Shown: positions 1 to 18,138 of the stretch, piece after piece
How positions within the stretch are numbered: position 1 is the stretch's first letter
Layout: every line of letters begins with the position of its first letter
From: Amoebidium appalachense
Taxonomy: Eukaryota; Protista; Ichthyosporea
DNA: 64,000 bases
Assembly: GCA_963693365.1 (NCBI GenBank)
Contig: CAVNZM010000003.1
Location: forward strand, 6,579,448-6,643,447
Direction of reading: 5' to 3'
The notes under the pieces: generated by a model
Seen by the model: only the letters and a program-made list of their open reading frames with translations
Told to the model about the DNA's origin: nothing
The model's database searches: none
Program-made: the position numbers and the translations under genes

Positions 1-147
1 CACAAGCATTTTGGCACTTCCCCGCTTCAATCCCTCCCTTTTCCCTCCCTCTCCCTCTCCCCCTCTCTCTCTTTCTCTCTCAGCGACATTCTCTCTCTCT
101 CTCTCCCCCCCCCCCCCCTCTCTCTCTCTCTCTCCCCCGCCCCCTCT

Positions 148-188
<41 letters not shown>

Positions 189-210
189 CCTCCCCCCCCC
201 CTCTCTCCCT

Positions 211-251
<41 letters not shown>

Positions 252-1171
252 CCCCCCCCCCCCCCCGTTTCTTTTAAACCCCTTTCCCTCCGTCCGCCAT
301 ATTTCACGTTCTTCAACGGTTCACATAAACACACACACTTCCGCAACTCACTGACTAAGCATGTGTACCACCTGGATGAAACAATGTCCATGTGGGGAAC
401 GTCATCCAATTTTTGTACAAGTGACTAGTAGCGGTAGCAGTGTGTTCTGAATTTACAAACAGGAGATTTATCGTGTCAAAAAAAAAAAAATACAAACTTA
501 CCCTCACTCCCGACCGAGGCTGAAAGCCGAAGGGTGGGTAGTTTTTTCTTTTGACTGGATTTATTCGACGGAAAGGTATGGGTAATTGGGAGGGGTGTGA
601 GGAGGTGAGCTGTTTTTGAGATGCAATTGAACACGTTACGGTATCCGGGCTGTGCGCACAGCCCATGCTGATCGCCGATCTACTGCCAAGCACACGTCAT
701 AGAACTCCTGAGGAGCCAACACATGAGGCTTAGTGACATTTGCAAGCAAAGACACGCGCCGTGGAAGCGGAAGTCCAGAAATTAATTACACGTGATAGAT
801 GAAGCCAACTCGCGCCTGTACAATTTTTAAGTCAGAACACGTGACACACGCATTTAAATTTCCATGCCAAAGCACGCGACGGAGACGTGTCACACGGCCT
901 CTAAGTGCGCCATCGGCAAAACATGAGCGGAAGCATTTCCAACCAAAACACGCATCGTGGCAACATAATACAGTACACGTGATAGAAGACACGTGACAGA
1001 TAGAACAACCGTGATCATGTCCTCGCGCCTGTGCAGCTTGTGAGTCAGTGGCGCCGCCAGCCACAGCTGTCACACCCCCTCCCTCTCCCCCTAACACACA
1101 CACACCACCATCACCACCTTCTCCTGTCCCTCTTTCTCTCTCGAGCGCTCTCTCTGTACACACACACACAC

Positions 1172-1230
<59 letters not shown>

Positions 1231-1835
1231 ACACACACACACACGACACACGTGTACACACACACACACGACACACGTGTACACACACACACATGTGTAC
1301 ACACACGTCCCCACATAATCCTCCTCCTCCCCCAGGCCCTTCATTCATGCTCCTCCAGAGACCACCCCCAATAAAAATATGCATTTCACACACACACACA
1401 GGAAAATATCAGCCGAAATTTCGACCCTATGGGGGTGACTAATATTAAGATGTAGGGGACCATCGGTATGTGTGTGTGTGTGTGTGGTGGGGGGGGGGGG
1501 GGGGGGGGGATGGGGAGAGGGGGGGAGGACCCACCACCGAACTGGGAAGGAGCCTCCCCTCCCCACTGCCCCATCCCACCCCCCTCCCCTTCCCCCCCAT
1601 CCACACACGTACTACACATCCCGTGCACAAGAATATGTTGCTGTGCACACACAGACTGAGCGCAACTCACGGTAGAAAACGATCGATATATGGACACACG
1701 ATTGTGATTGTCGACGTCCTGTGCACACGTATACACACACATAATATTATCATAATGCACAAACACACAAACACACACAGTCACGTGCGCGCACGCGAGA
1801 GAGCGAGAGAGAGAGGTAGAGAGAGAGATAGGAGG

Positions 1836-1876
<41 letters not shown>

Positions 1877-2427
1877 GGACAGAGGGAGGGGGGGAGGGGG
1901 GGGGGAAGAGAGGGAGAGAGAGAGAGAGAGAGCCTTTGAGAGAATAAGAGAGAAAGCAGGACGCGGGAGGGGAGGGGGGGGGGGGGGGGGGGGGGAGGGG
2001 GAGGGAGAGAGAGAGAGAGAGAGAGATGTACATATGGCATCATACTCACACACCACGCGCACGCACAAGCATGCCCTGACACACACACAAACGCATTCCG
2101 TCGCGCGCATACATACACATCGACTACTCTGAATTTGTTCAAATACACATACATACTATTATAGTATACATACACATACATGCAGCGCATGCGCAGACAC
2201 ACACATACATACACAAACCCACACATTGGCAAGTGCAACATATGTGCACACACTGCCGTGGTATGTAATGCAATTTGAAATGTTGCCACGTGTGCCCCCA
2301 GCTGCGCCCAGAATCACCATTGATTGGACTTTCTTTGTGTGTGAGATCAGTGTTAAACTTTAAAGTCTTGAAAAGTTGAGATGACTGTCCTTTAGCTTGC
2401 CTAGTCGGCCACTTTGTTAGAACATAA

Positions 2428-2466
<39 letters not shown>

Positions 2467-3370
2467 ACACGGACACAACGCACCCCAAGTAAAGTTTAAA
2501 TCATTTATGCTATGACCCCCGGAAAATTAAGATAACTAGCCTATAGCTCCTATTTTCAAAGTACCAATCAGTCACCCCCCGTACACAATATTCCTATTTT
2601 TTTTTATTGTTTTATTATTAACGTAACATTTCAGAATTGGAAAAAAACCCGAGGTTGGGCACACGTCGCAGCCAGCTTGGCCGGCAAGACAATTTATATA
2701 TGTATACAAGAAGCAGGTTTCCTCGGAGGTGCCAGGCTGCGCTTGGCTCGAAAAATCATGGGAATAGAAATCATGCAAAATTTTGCCATCCAGACATACA
2801 AAACTTCCGGATCCCGCTCTTCGTACGATTTGCTAGATCGGTATTGGATAAGCCATATTTGGCATATTGTTTTGACAACATTTGCATTGATTCGTCGAAA
2901 ATAACGCATTTATTTTGCTACCCCTATTGGTGAGTTTTCTGATTGGTAGAACGCTGTTCCCGGCAGACTTCCGGCCTGAGATCGTTAGCTGACCACTACC
3001 CGACCCGAGCTCTTCTCAGGTCTCCATCAGACGTCGGTGAATGAAACTGCTGACCAACACTGAATGGAATCATTTCGCACAAACCAGCTAATCAGTCATT
3101 GAAAACAAATAGCATATAATACTATTTGAATCTTCTCTCGTCAAATTTGATGCATTTACTATATTAGCTGTTACATCAGCGAAAAAAAAAAAAAAGACTG
3201 GGGGCAGTTGTGTAACCGGGTCTTGCAACCGGATCGTTTGCTGACCCGGCCCAAAATCTCGCAGACCCCAGGGATTTCGATTTCCGAATCGCTTTGATGT
3301 TTTCAACTCGTGTACAGTTCAGTTGTTGGTCTTTCTCTCTGAACGTGAACGATTTCTAGTGCAAGTCAGA

Positions 3371-5390
3371 ATGGCGACCACTGAGAACTGGGGCGTGGAG
3401 GGGCGTATAAACACAGTCATCCTTCTGGCTCCTATTGACGTTTTGAACCTCTACGGCTACCACAAAAACAACTTCGGTATGTAGACGTTCGAAAAGGCAC
3501 CGGGTATTGACCTGGCTAGCTAGGGCCGTGCTGGTGAACGTGATTGCACGGAGTCAAGCTCTAGATGCCCAGTTCCCCTTTAACCTGGACGTGTTTGCAG
3601 CACTGTCTAGGGTTGGCAGGGACGAACTGAGAAGCATGGTTTACGAGGACTATGAGGAGAGCAAGGACTATGAGCGGAAGATCTGTGGGTAAGCTTAAGG
3701 GGATGGGGAATTCGAAGGCGTATTTTTTCATCCTCTTCTCATTCTGGTCTAAGATTAGGGCCGCAATGATTTGTATACTGCGCGAGCGTCTATAAAGGCG
3801 TTGAACGCGTTGTTGAGCGTGAGCATATGAAAGGCTAGAGGCAAGGGAGAAAATAATAGGAGTCTGGAGGGGCAAAACGCAAGCTAAGCTTAGCCATGGC
3901 GGAAGGTTTGAAGGTATATATATATATATATATATATAGTATATGTATATATATATATATACGTACTCACGTGTGTTGGAGGAGGAATGGGCAATGATGG
4001 TATTGGGAGATGGCCGGATAGCCGGGAGGATGGTGATGGTGGTTTGGTGATCGGTGGTTATGTAACACGCATAGTTGGTGGTCATGACGTTTTGGCACTT
4101 CTCTGCACACTTGAGTACTAGTATCACCATACGCGTAGTCTACGTAGGGTCAGCTCTTTCGAAAAGTGGAAGATGCATGGTCCATTGGATGGTGGTCATC
4201 ATCAAGTTGGTGATGTGTGGTGGTTGTGGTTTACACCGGGTCCCGGGCTGAGAGGCCCTGGCGGGCCCTCCGGACTGGGGGCGTGTGTGTGTGTTGGGGG
4301 GGGGGGAGGGGGGGTGTGGTTTACTACTTCGCACCGTGACTTGAGTTATATGGAATAGGGCTTTCTCAACTGGTATGGAAGTGAAGGACCGTAATTACGT
4401 CTGCCTAATTAGGGGCGTACACTGGCAGCAACTTGTGTTAGTGCCTGTCTGCTGCACAAAGTTTCACGGTGTGTCGTTTTATTTGACCCAACTGTACAGT
4501 CACCCACACACCAACCCACCATACAGGGGCCCGACGGGTCAGATGATGGTGACGTATGTCAACAAGGATATGGTGATGATCTGCTGGCCACATCGAAACC
4601 GGGCAGTGTGTTTGCGCAGGTGCTAGTAGACAACTTCACGGCGATCCGGGAGGCTGAAGAAGGCAACAGCGCCAGGCTGAATGAGTTTCAGGATAGTGTG
4701 CGTTAATCCATCGTCAGCCAGGAGGTCAAGACCTTCCCCCCCCCCCCCCCCCCCCCGGCTCTCTTCCCCCCCCCCCCCCTCCCCCCTCCCCCCCCCCCCC
4801 CCCCGCGCCCCCCCTCCCCCCCCCCCCAACACACACACACACACACAGACACACAATCAGGAGTTCGCAAACCTACCGCCTATATACACTGTATACACTT
4901 ACGTACGCATGTGCTTACGTAAGTCTGATGCATACCCACACCCACCCAGCTCATCGGATGCCCTTATGTATGCCCTACCCGTGTAGAGTACCGTGGCATA
5001 ACTCAGTGGTCTTCAATTAAATGATGCACGTTTCTCCAAGTTGGGTTGGTGTGGGGGCTGAATCTTGTGATACTTTGCAGAACAAGAACAGTCAGAGTGG
5101 GGAGAATGCGTCACAGAGTGTGTTCCGTGAACTTGCGCCCCGGGAGCAACTGATCATTTCGGTGCGTGAAAACGCAGAAATATTGAGGGCATACTGTCAC
5201 ACATACAAGGTTAACCTGCCCTCCCTGCGCATGGTGACCAGTGCACGTGCTATGAACTTGGTACGTGCATTTTTTATTTTTTATTTTATTTTTTATTTTT
5301 TTTTTTTTGGGGGGGGGGGGGGGAACCCCTGGGCTAAGTGTGTACTAGTATTAGGATTGGTGACGGCGCACCGTGACGTGTGATTAAAAA
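3371..5390 (+). CDS. Putative multi-exon gene of unknown function (orphan); exon structure only partly resolved
   Basis: ATG at 3371 (MATTENWGVEGRINTVILLAPIDVLNLYGYHKNNF); 43-nt GT-AG intron 3477-3519 joins in frame to ARAVLVNVIARSQALDAQFPFNLDVF...ERKICG ending at donor gtaagc (3689). Further AG-bounded coding-like blocks near 4148, 4526 (GPDGSDDGDVCQQGYGDDLLATSKPGSVFAQVLVDNF) and 5081-5260 (NKNSQSGENASQSVFRELAPREQLIISVRENAEILRAY, donor gtacgt). No family recognised. Confidence 0.45.
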
Positions 5391-6437
5391 CGTTAACTTA
5401 GTTGTTATGATAGAATAGCCTATCTGTTTATTCCTGCTCTTCCCAGTCACGTACTTAGCCTGTTCCCGCCTATACCGCCCCCGCGTACTTGGGGACCGCC
5501 TGAGGCCGCATACGCCAGGAACCATAACTGTCTTCCTATTGGCTAGTACATAATCCCGATCTACGGCAACACCAGCACGCTTAGCTATAGGGACGCCTGG
5601 GGCAGGGACTTCAGCGCTAGTCCACTAAATCCATTCTAGACCACACAGTAGATAGGGGGGTGTGGTGACGGCCTCCCCAGGCCTCACCCCTCTTTGGTGT
5701 AACTACTGTTGGTTGAGCACCTTATAGCATAGCTGGTTTTACACGGTCTGCTCTTGTACACCTACACACACCGACACACAACATAAGTATACGAAAATAC
5801 AGTGAATACACTACAAAATACACCACCTGTCATATTTCGCCTAATGCCAAACTGAAGCAGCTTCGGCGCGTTAGGGTTGTTTCGTTGTTTTGTGTTTCGT
5901 GTTTCGTGTTTAGTGTTTCGTGTCCGTTTCGTTCCTCTCCTCTTCGTTGTCGTTTCACTATACTTGTACCACACCACCTTACAAAACAAAACACACACCC
6001 CACAAAAAACGAGCATACCACTATCCAAACTTACCTTAGCGTACTCCACACACCCCAAGATAAACCCCACACGTACCCGCACACAAGTGAACTAAGCCTA
6101 TATATAAACCACACGACGTCACACATATACGCACACCAACACTTCGGAGCCACGGAATGGCACACTGGCACGCCAACCCCAACTTCCCCAACAACTACCC
6201 CCGCCCACCAGTACCCCAGCCACCACTTCCCGGCCTCAACCCGAACGGCTACGGCACCTGCGAATCTAGCTTTGATAAATGGATAGCTTTCCATTATCTT
6301 GCGGGGGCTTTGTGTGTATATGCTGGAGGGTCCGGGAAAGATGAACAGCGGAAGCGTGTGTTTGTGTGTGTGTGTGTGTGTTGGGGGGGGGGGGGGGGGG
6401 GGGGGGGAGAGGGGGAGGAGGAGGAGGAGGAGGGGTC

Positions 6438-6940
6438 GCTGATTGTATGCAAGTGGATGTGATGTTCACTTTTCCAAAGGACCCAGAGTATTTTTTTCCC
6501 AACATACTGAGCGTAATGCAGTCATACACGAATGTTTTCATCAAAAATCATATCATACTTACACCAGAAATCAAAACATTCATACTTGTTTTGAAAGTAA
6601 ATACACTGCTTGTTCTTTCGGGGAAAAGGATCGGTTTACTCATAAACCGAATCGAGCAGTTTTCTGAGTGCCCGTCAGAAGACCACACCTCGCCTAAATC
6701 AATCGGTCAAACAACATTTTACTTTGCAAAAAAAAAAACAGTGTAAATGTCCCCATTTGAACACATACGTACAAATACTGATTGTTGTTCGTTCGTTTCG
6801 GCTACTGACAGCCCCCCTCCCCCCCCCCCCCCCCAAAAAAAAAGAAAAAAAATGAAAGAAATTGAACCAAACAACCTATTTAGAAACCCTCCGTCGTACA
6901 TCCATCAAACACATATGCGCGCGTCCATGCACACGCCTAC

Positions 6941-6975
<35 letters not shown>

Positions 6976-6997
6976 TACACACACACACACACACACC

Positions 6998-7056
<59 letters not shown>

Positions 7057-7490
7057 ACACAAAACACACAACACACACACACACGAAAAAAAATTGTGCA
7101 AATGTGTGTGGGTTTGGGAGGGGGGGGGTGGGGGCAAGAGGGTTGGAGAAGAAGAAGGAAACAAAACCCAAAAAAAGACTCAAAACGAAAAAGGCAACCC
7201 ACAAACTAAAAGCTACATTTAGTTAGTTCTATTCCAGCCATCACATATATGAACTTACGAATTGAAACTACCGTTTTTTTGAACTCATCTCACAACACCT
7301 AACTGCCCGCTCGCGTGCACACACAGCCAATCTACCTGTGCACGCACATACAGAAAAAACCCACACCACCCACACTATTCTCTTCTCAAGTCTGCCTAAG
7401 TCTTAGTCGTGTCTGTTGTATGAAGGGGTTGCTATCCCGTCAGGCAGCCCGTGCAAAGGAATCATCTCTGCACGAAAGGGTGCATAGAGT
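6438..7490. repeat. Diverged direct duplicate of 14334-15250 (3' end and downstream flank of the ricin-domain gene)
   Basis: Shared blocks in the same order, e.g. tgcaagtggatgtgatgttc, gtcagaagaccacacctcgcctaaatcaatcggtcaa, aacacatacgtacaaata, caagtctgcc...tctgttgtatg. Confidence 0.85.
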
Positions 7491-7561
7491 ATGGATTGAG
7501 GCACGTGTCCGGGCACCGTGAGGTCATTTATCTAAACCGTTACACTATTTCTTAGCCTGTG

Positions 7562-7605
<44 letters not shown>

Positions 7606-7623
7606 ACACACACCGTGGCACAC

Positions 7624-7675
<52 letters not shown>

Positions 7676-8550
7676 ACACGCACACACGTACACGCACACA
7701 TGTACCCGAACACACACTGACCTTTTCAGTAACGAAGTAAAAGTTTCAAAAGATATGTTCTGCTGCGCTTGAACCTGCTTTATAATTGTGCATAGGCAAG
7801 TCACAGTCATGTATACCTTGCATAGACCCACTTTACCCCCCCCCCCCCCCCCCTCCTCCCCTCCCTTCCCCGGACACAAGGCATAAACACTCAGTTCCAC
7901 GTAATTTAAATCGCTTCTCCTCTCAGTAAGCATGCACACATACAGTCACGCATGCACGAGACGTACACAAGCCCATATAACACACAAACACTCACATCTG
8001 CGCACACTGCTCCGGACGGCGCATGTCACATCAGTATGCATCCCTTTGGAAGACCAGCACACCTCAGTAAATCTCTCTCTGATTTATGGCCTACCCACGC
8101 ACAGGATGATCATGGGAAACTTGCCTTTGAAACTCATCCGTTCGTTTTATGGAGAAAGAAATACTACCTGTTAGATAGCGTGACGCTATTGTGCACTCAG
8201 GAGCCACAAGGCTCTACATACTCCCCCCCCCCCCCCTCCCCCCCCCCCCCCCCCCCCCACCTCTCCCCCCCACTTATCTAATGCTTTCCGCATCCTCCGT
8301 AGTCCCGATAATTTCATTTTTTTTTTCTGGAAGATTTGTTACATTGATATCTTAGTGAAATATTGTTTCATAATGCTGCATGACTATATAACACGTCACA
8401 TGAAACTTTGGTTTGATTCGAAATTTGGTAAAGATTGTCATGGACAAAGAAATACATACGGTATCCGACGATACTTCCTACATACTCTACGGAAACACAG
8501 CGCTCGAATTTAGGCATTGCAATCGTCATCACAGCATATTCAACTGGCGC
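7403..8550 (-). pseudogene. Decayed/truncated paralogue of the ricin-domain gene at 15167-18138
   Basis: Terminal exon 7403-7531 reads ...FRAEMIPLHGLPDGIATPSYNRHD* versus FSTELIPLSGLPSPIEPPPYNRYD* in the intact gene. Block 8368-8550 PVEYAVMTIAMPKFERCVS aligns to PPEIWSAMIKVPVFSDTVS, then hits a stop. Confidence 0.55.
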
Positions 8551-8552
8551 AC

Positions 8553-10225
8553 CTAGGCACATGAGGGAGGCCCATACTCCGCCTGCATTGCCCTGACCAT
8601 CTCCTCCACCTGCCTCTTGATGTCATCCAACTTTCCCCTGCGTGATGCCATCGACGGGTCTCTCTGCAGCCTCACGATACACTGCATCATCTCTTGTCGT
8701 TCTTCAAGCCACTCGGAGATCTCGTTGCTCCGCTCTATTCCTGGCTGCATAGCCCTGATCCTACGTGCCTCCTCTTGTATAACCACCAGTTCATCCTGCA
8801 ACTCTTTGATCTCCTGCCACTCCACATCACCATCATCATCATCATGCAGGGACTCTTCAAACTCATCTCTGGTCCGTGAATTCATAACGTTAGCAACCAC
8901 CCTGTCTCTCCCACCCTTTCCCCCCCCCCCCCCCCCCCCCAGCCCCCCCAGCCCCCCCAGCCCCCCCTTTCCCTCCCCCTCCTCCTGTGCCCTGCAAAAC
9001 ACTACTCTGGCCTGATGCAAGTTGCCTGCATTGGCATAGCTCTTCCCCCTCCCCCCCCCCCTTCCGCCTCCCCCCCTCCTCCCCCCCTCCCCCCTCCCCC
9101 TTTGTACCCGGCATGAACACCCACTACAGTAACAGACGCAAGTTGCTTGCGCTGGCGTGCCTCCCTCCCTCCCCTTCCCCCCCCCCCCGGGGTCTCCCAA
9201 TGTCCTATCCGAGCTTGACCCTGGGATCATTATACACAGATTGTCCCCGTTTTCTCTCGCCTTTTGTTTTTGCATTCACTGCACTGTAGTACCAGGGTGG
9301 GGTAGGCTTGCTGTCTTACCATAAAGATTTCACTTGATGCCTGGCTGCTCGACTGCCCCAGTGCACGCAGGTGCACGTGGTCTCGGCTGACAGGTACATC
9401 CGCACCACTGTTCTCTTCCTGCATGTAATAGTGCATGGGTCAGCCCCCACACCAACAAAGGGGTGTATAACGGACCAGAATTAACCAGGGAACATGACTC
9501 TTGTTGCATTTTTCGTCCGATGGGTACGTGTGGTTGTGTTGCATTGTGTACCAGTCAGTGTGTGTTGGGTGTGTAGGTGCGCGTAATCGTGTGTGTGTGT
9601 GTTGGGCCCTGGGGTGCATGCACGTGATTACCAGAAGGTGGAGGGTGGTTGGGGGGAAGGGGCAAGGGGGGAGGGGGGGTGGAGGAGTGGGGGGGATGCA
9701 TACGAAGATCTCTTTGAACGTGCAAAGTGTACTTCTAAATGTGTCGCAGATTATCTACATTTTTTATTTTTTATTTTATCCCGTTTCACTCCCGGCGAGG
9801 CACTGCCTCAGGGGAGCTTACCGTCTTCCGCCTAGACACAAATCGTACTGTCTAGCACACTCATAAGTCAGGATTCTGATTGACCCCAACTGGCACTATT
9901 TTTAGTTACGCCTTATCCCACGGTTCTAGCCGCAGCAACGCTAGTGGGGATCAGATTATCTACATGGTCGTGACGGGGCGGGGGGGGGGGGGGGGGAGGG
10001 GGGAGGGGGAGGGGGGGGGAAGGGGGAGAGAGAAGGGGGTCGGGGGTGGGGGGGAGAGGGGTACACAAACCTCCCTGCCTGCCCTGTTGCTGCCTGCAGC
10101 CGCCGCGGAGTTGCGTACAAGTACCCGCACAAAAGCACTGAACAGTCTCGTTTGGGTCAGCAGCTGCAGTGCCACACATGTTGACACATGTCACCTCCAT
10201 CGGACCGGTCAAACCCCTGTGTGGC
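8553..10225 (-). pseudogene. Frameshifted inverted paralogue of the orphan gene at 3371-5390, with an acidic coiled-coil-like last exon (8553-8901)
   Basis: Exon ~10065-10222 reads GFDRSDGGDMCQ/(frameshift)LLTQTRLFSAFVRVLVRNS versus GPDGSDDGDVCQ...LLATSKPGSVFAQVLVDNF at 4526; RENGDNL (~9250) versus RENAEIL (~5170). Last exon VVANVMNSRTRDEFEESLHDDDDGDVEWQEIKELQDEL...YGPPSCA*. Confidence 0.5.
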
Positions 10226-10226
10226 A

Positions 10227-10259
<33 letters not shown>

Positions 10260-10839
10260 GGGGGGGGGAGGGGGGGGGGGGAGGGGGAGGGGGGGGAAGG
10301 GGGGGGGGAGGGGGGAGGGGGGAGGGGGGAGGGTGTTGTGAGTGTACAGCTAGAAATGGGTGTCGACAGCACACGTTCATTTTACAGCAGCACCATGTTA
10401 TCGCGCACACATGTACGCACATAGGCACTTGTCAGGCACGCTTGGCGCACACACTGTGGCACATACGAACATATATACACGCGTTCGCGCAGACTATGTT
10501 ACTAGAGAGACACACACGCTTGCACACACCGATAATGCGGAGAAAACACACACCAAAAAAACTTAAGGGACCTCTGGCGCACGCACGTACGTGCACACAC
10601 AGACAAGGACACACGGACCGGCACTTGACCTGTGCAAGTAGTTTGCACAGAAAAAGACGTGCCACCCTGGTCTTTTAAGTGTGCAGCCCCCCCCCCCCTC
10701 CCCCCCTCCCCACCCCCCCCCCCCCAAAAAAAAAAAAAAAAAAAATTAAAAAAATTAATAATAATAAATAATAAACCGAACCCCCAAACCCCCCTCCCCT
10801 CCCCTCCTCTCCCTCCCCGGGCCCCCCTTCCCCCAGTCC

Positions 10840-11449
<610 letters not shown>

Positions 11450-11456
11450 CTCTACC

Positions 11457-11522
<66 letters not shown>

Positions 11523-11962
11523 CCAAAAAAACCACCACCGGGCACCAGCACCACTGGTGTGAAAAATGCCACCGTGCAATTACCTCTATTGCCACTGTTT
11601 TTCGCTCACAGGAAACCCCGGTCTTGTTTTTCTATTCTTGCTAAGTCATTCGGCAAAGTGCTTTTCGACATACATGGCCTCACCACTTTTAAGGCAAAAT
11701 AACATATGTACTAAGCCTTGTTTGTTACCCCCATTCGCAACAGAACGTCTAGTTAGAGCCTGAAAATTGAGAGAAGCTGCTAATACGGCAGTATGTTATC
11801 TCTATAGTTTTTGCTTCTTTTCGTCACGGGAGGCAGACAAACATACACATCCAATCCTAGACTAGTACGACGTGCATGTGACGTGCAGGTTGTTACGGAT
11901 TACAAACACCACTGCCCTTCAAGCACAAAACCGTTGCATACAAGCAGTCCCCATATAGCATC

Positions 11963-12658
<696 letters not shown>

Positions 12659-12971
12659 AACTGACGGGTGAAAGTGATGCGAGCAGGTATTTATACCAGT
12701 GAAACGAAAACCCATAAAAGGCAACTGCGCACAACAGGTAAAGAACCAATCAAATGTTTTTCCCAGCCCACAGCCAATCATATTGGAGTTGCAACTTGCA
12801 CTTGCGGACTACGATGGCGACTCGAGTTACCGTCGGACTCCGGTCAGAGTCGACCAGGGAAAGGTCTCACGCTGACCACAACGAACGAGCACACACACAC
12901 ACTCACACACATACGCACGAAACACTCAGACACACACGTGCACACAAATACGCACGAACACACACACACAT

Positions 12972-13057
<86 letters not shown>

Positions 13058-13165
13058 ACATACACACACACACACACACACTCACATAAAAGCACCGTGC
13101 ACACACGCGCATAAAAGCACGAACACACACACACACACACACACACAGACACACAGACACACACA

Positions 13166-13206
<41 letters not shown>

Positions 13207-13209
13207 CGT

Positions 13210-13250
<41 letters not shown>

Positions 13251-15166
13251 TTGTACATATACACACACACACACCGCGCACACACACGGACGCACACGTG
13301 CACATCATTCCTTATGCGTTTCCTTGAGAGATTTCCTGTGTCGCGTACGCACCGTGACGCTACAACCTCTTAATAACCATAATCACCGGCCCCTCTTCCT
13401 CCCTCCTTCCCCTCCTCCCCCCTCCCTCCCTTCCCCCCCTCCCCCCTCCCCCCCCCCCCCCCCCCCTCCCCCCCAAACATCCACCTTTCGTTTAATGAAC
13501 CCCTTGGCTGGATCTATGTTCTCTTTCTCTCTCTCCTCTCTCTCTCTCTCACTCCCTCCTTGCCCACCCTGTCCCCACCTTTCCCCTCTCCACCTCACAT
13601 GTGTACAATCACTCGCCCGGGGCTACCCCTCTCCTGCTTCCTCCCCAGTCCCTCCCCTACCCCTGCCCCCCCCCCCCCCCCCCCCCCCCTCTCCCCCCTC
13701 CCCCCGCCCTTCTCCCGGGGTCATACTGTGTATTTCCTATGCTCCCGGCACCACATGTCTTCCTTTTCCGTCTTCCAGCTCACAATGTCGATCCATGTCG
13801 TTCCTCCCCCCCCCCCCCCCCCTCCCCCCACTCCCCCCTCCCCCCCCCCCTCCCCCTCCCCCCCCCTCCCCCCCCCCCCCCTTCTCCCCCCCAACCACTC
13901 CTCAACACAGACGTGCACATGTACACGCAGTTCTTTTTACTTATGTAATGAATGGCATCCTGGGAGTATATCTCCCGCTTGCTTACTTCTCAAATGGCTT
14001 CAGAACCATCATCGCTCTTCAAGTTTTCCCGGAAGCAAGGTACAGATGTGCCTTGATACAACAAAAAAAAAAAAAAAAAAAAAAAAAAACGCAGGAAAAA
14101 AAAAAGAAAGAAAAAAAGAAAGAAGGTTATCTAAGCGTTAGGAAGATTAATCTAATCGGTCTAAAGGAAATCCCCTTTGCCTCCATTTCTTTTCGTTATC
14201 TTGGGGTGGCCTGGGACAGTGTGTTGGAGGGAGGGGGGAAATTAAAGCCGGAAGTCTAGGCGGTCTGGAGGTGGAAGGGTGAGGGGGGAATGGCGAAGCT
14301 GGTGAGGAAGGGGGGGGGGGGGGGGGGGGGGGGGCTGATCATATGCAAGTGGATGTGATGTTCCCTTGTGTACTTTTCCAAAGGAATCAAATTATTTTTT
14401 GTCCGACAAACGGCTTAATGCAGTCATACACGAATATTTACACCAAAAATCATATCATACTTACATGCTGTTAAAGTAAATAGAAAATTAGTTTTTTCGG
14501 GGAAAACAATCGGTTTACTCAAAAACCGAATCGAGTACTACGGGGTTTTCTGAGTGCCTGTCAGAAGACCACACCTCGCCTAAATCAATCGGTCAACTTG
14601 TGACAACATTGCACTTTGCAAAAAAAGAAGAGTTTATATGTCCTCGTTTCAACACATACGTACAAATATTGATTGTTGTTCATTTCGGCTAATAGACAAC
14701 CCCCCCCCCCCCCCCCCCACAAACTCCGCCATACATACAGTAAACACATACTCCCCCCCCCCCCCCCCCCCCCCCCCCCCACACACACACAAACACCAAA
14801 AAGGTGCAAGTGTGTGTAGGCCGGGAAAGGGAGAGGGAGGGAGGGCCGGGGTGGGGGGTGGGGGGGGGAAGGGGGGGGGAGAACACGAGGACTGGAGTAG
14901 AAAGTGGGAACAAACCCCAACTAAAGAATAAAACGAAAAAAAAAACCACAAAACAAAAATTACATGCAGGTAGTCCTATGCCTGCCATCACAATCTATGA
15001 ATTCACGACTAAAATTACCAGTTTTTAAACTCATCGCATAACACTTAGCAGTCCTGCAACCCATAGTGCACGTCCACACACAGCCTATCTATTGCTCACG
15101 TACATACAGACAGCACCAACACCCACACCATACATTTTCTAGACTCTTCCCAAGTCTGCCCGTGTC

Positions 15167-18138
<2,972 letters not shown>

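Noticed and set aside
498-545. Hairpin ccgaccgaggctgaaagccgaagggtgggt resembling a hammerhead ribozyme or Helentron end
   Set aside because: The core deviates from CUGANGA/GAAA, no third stem or cleavage triplet is evident, and there is no second copy in the window.
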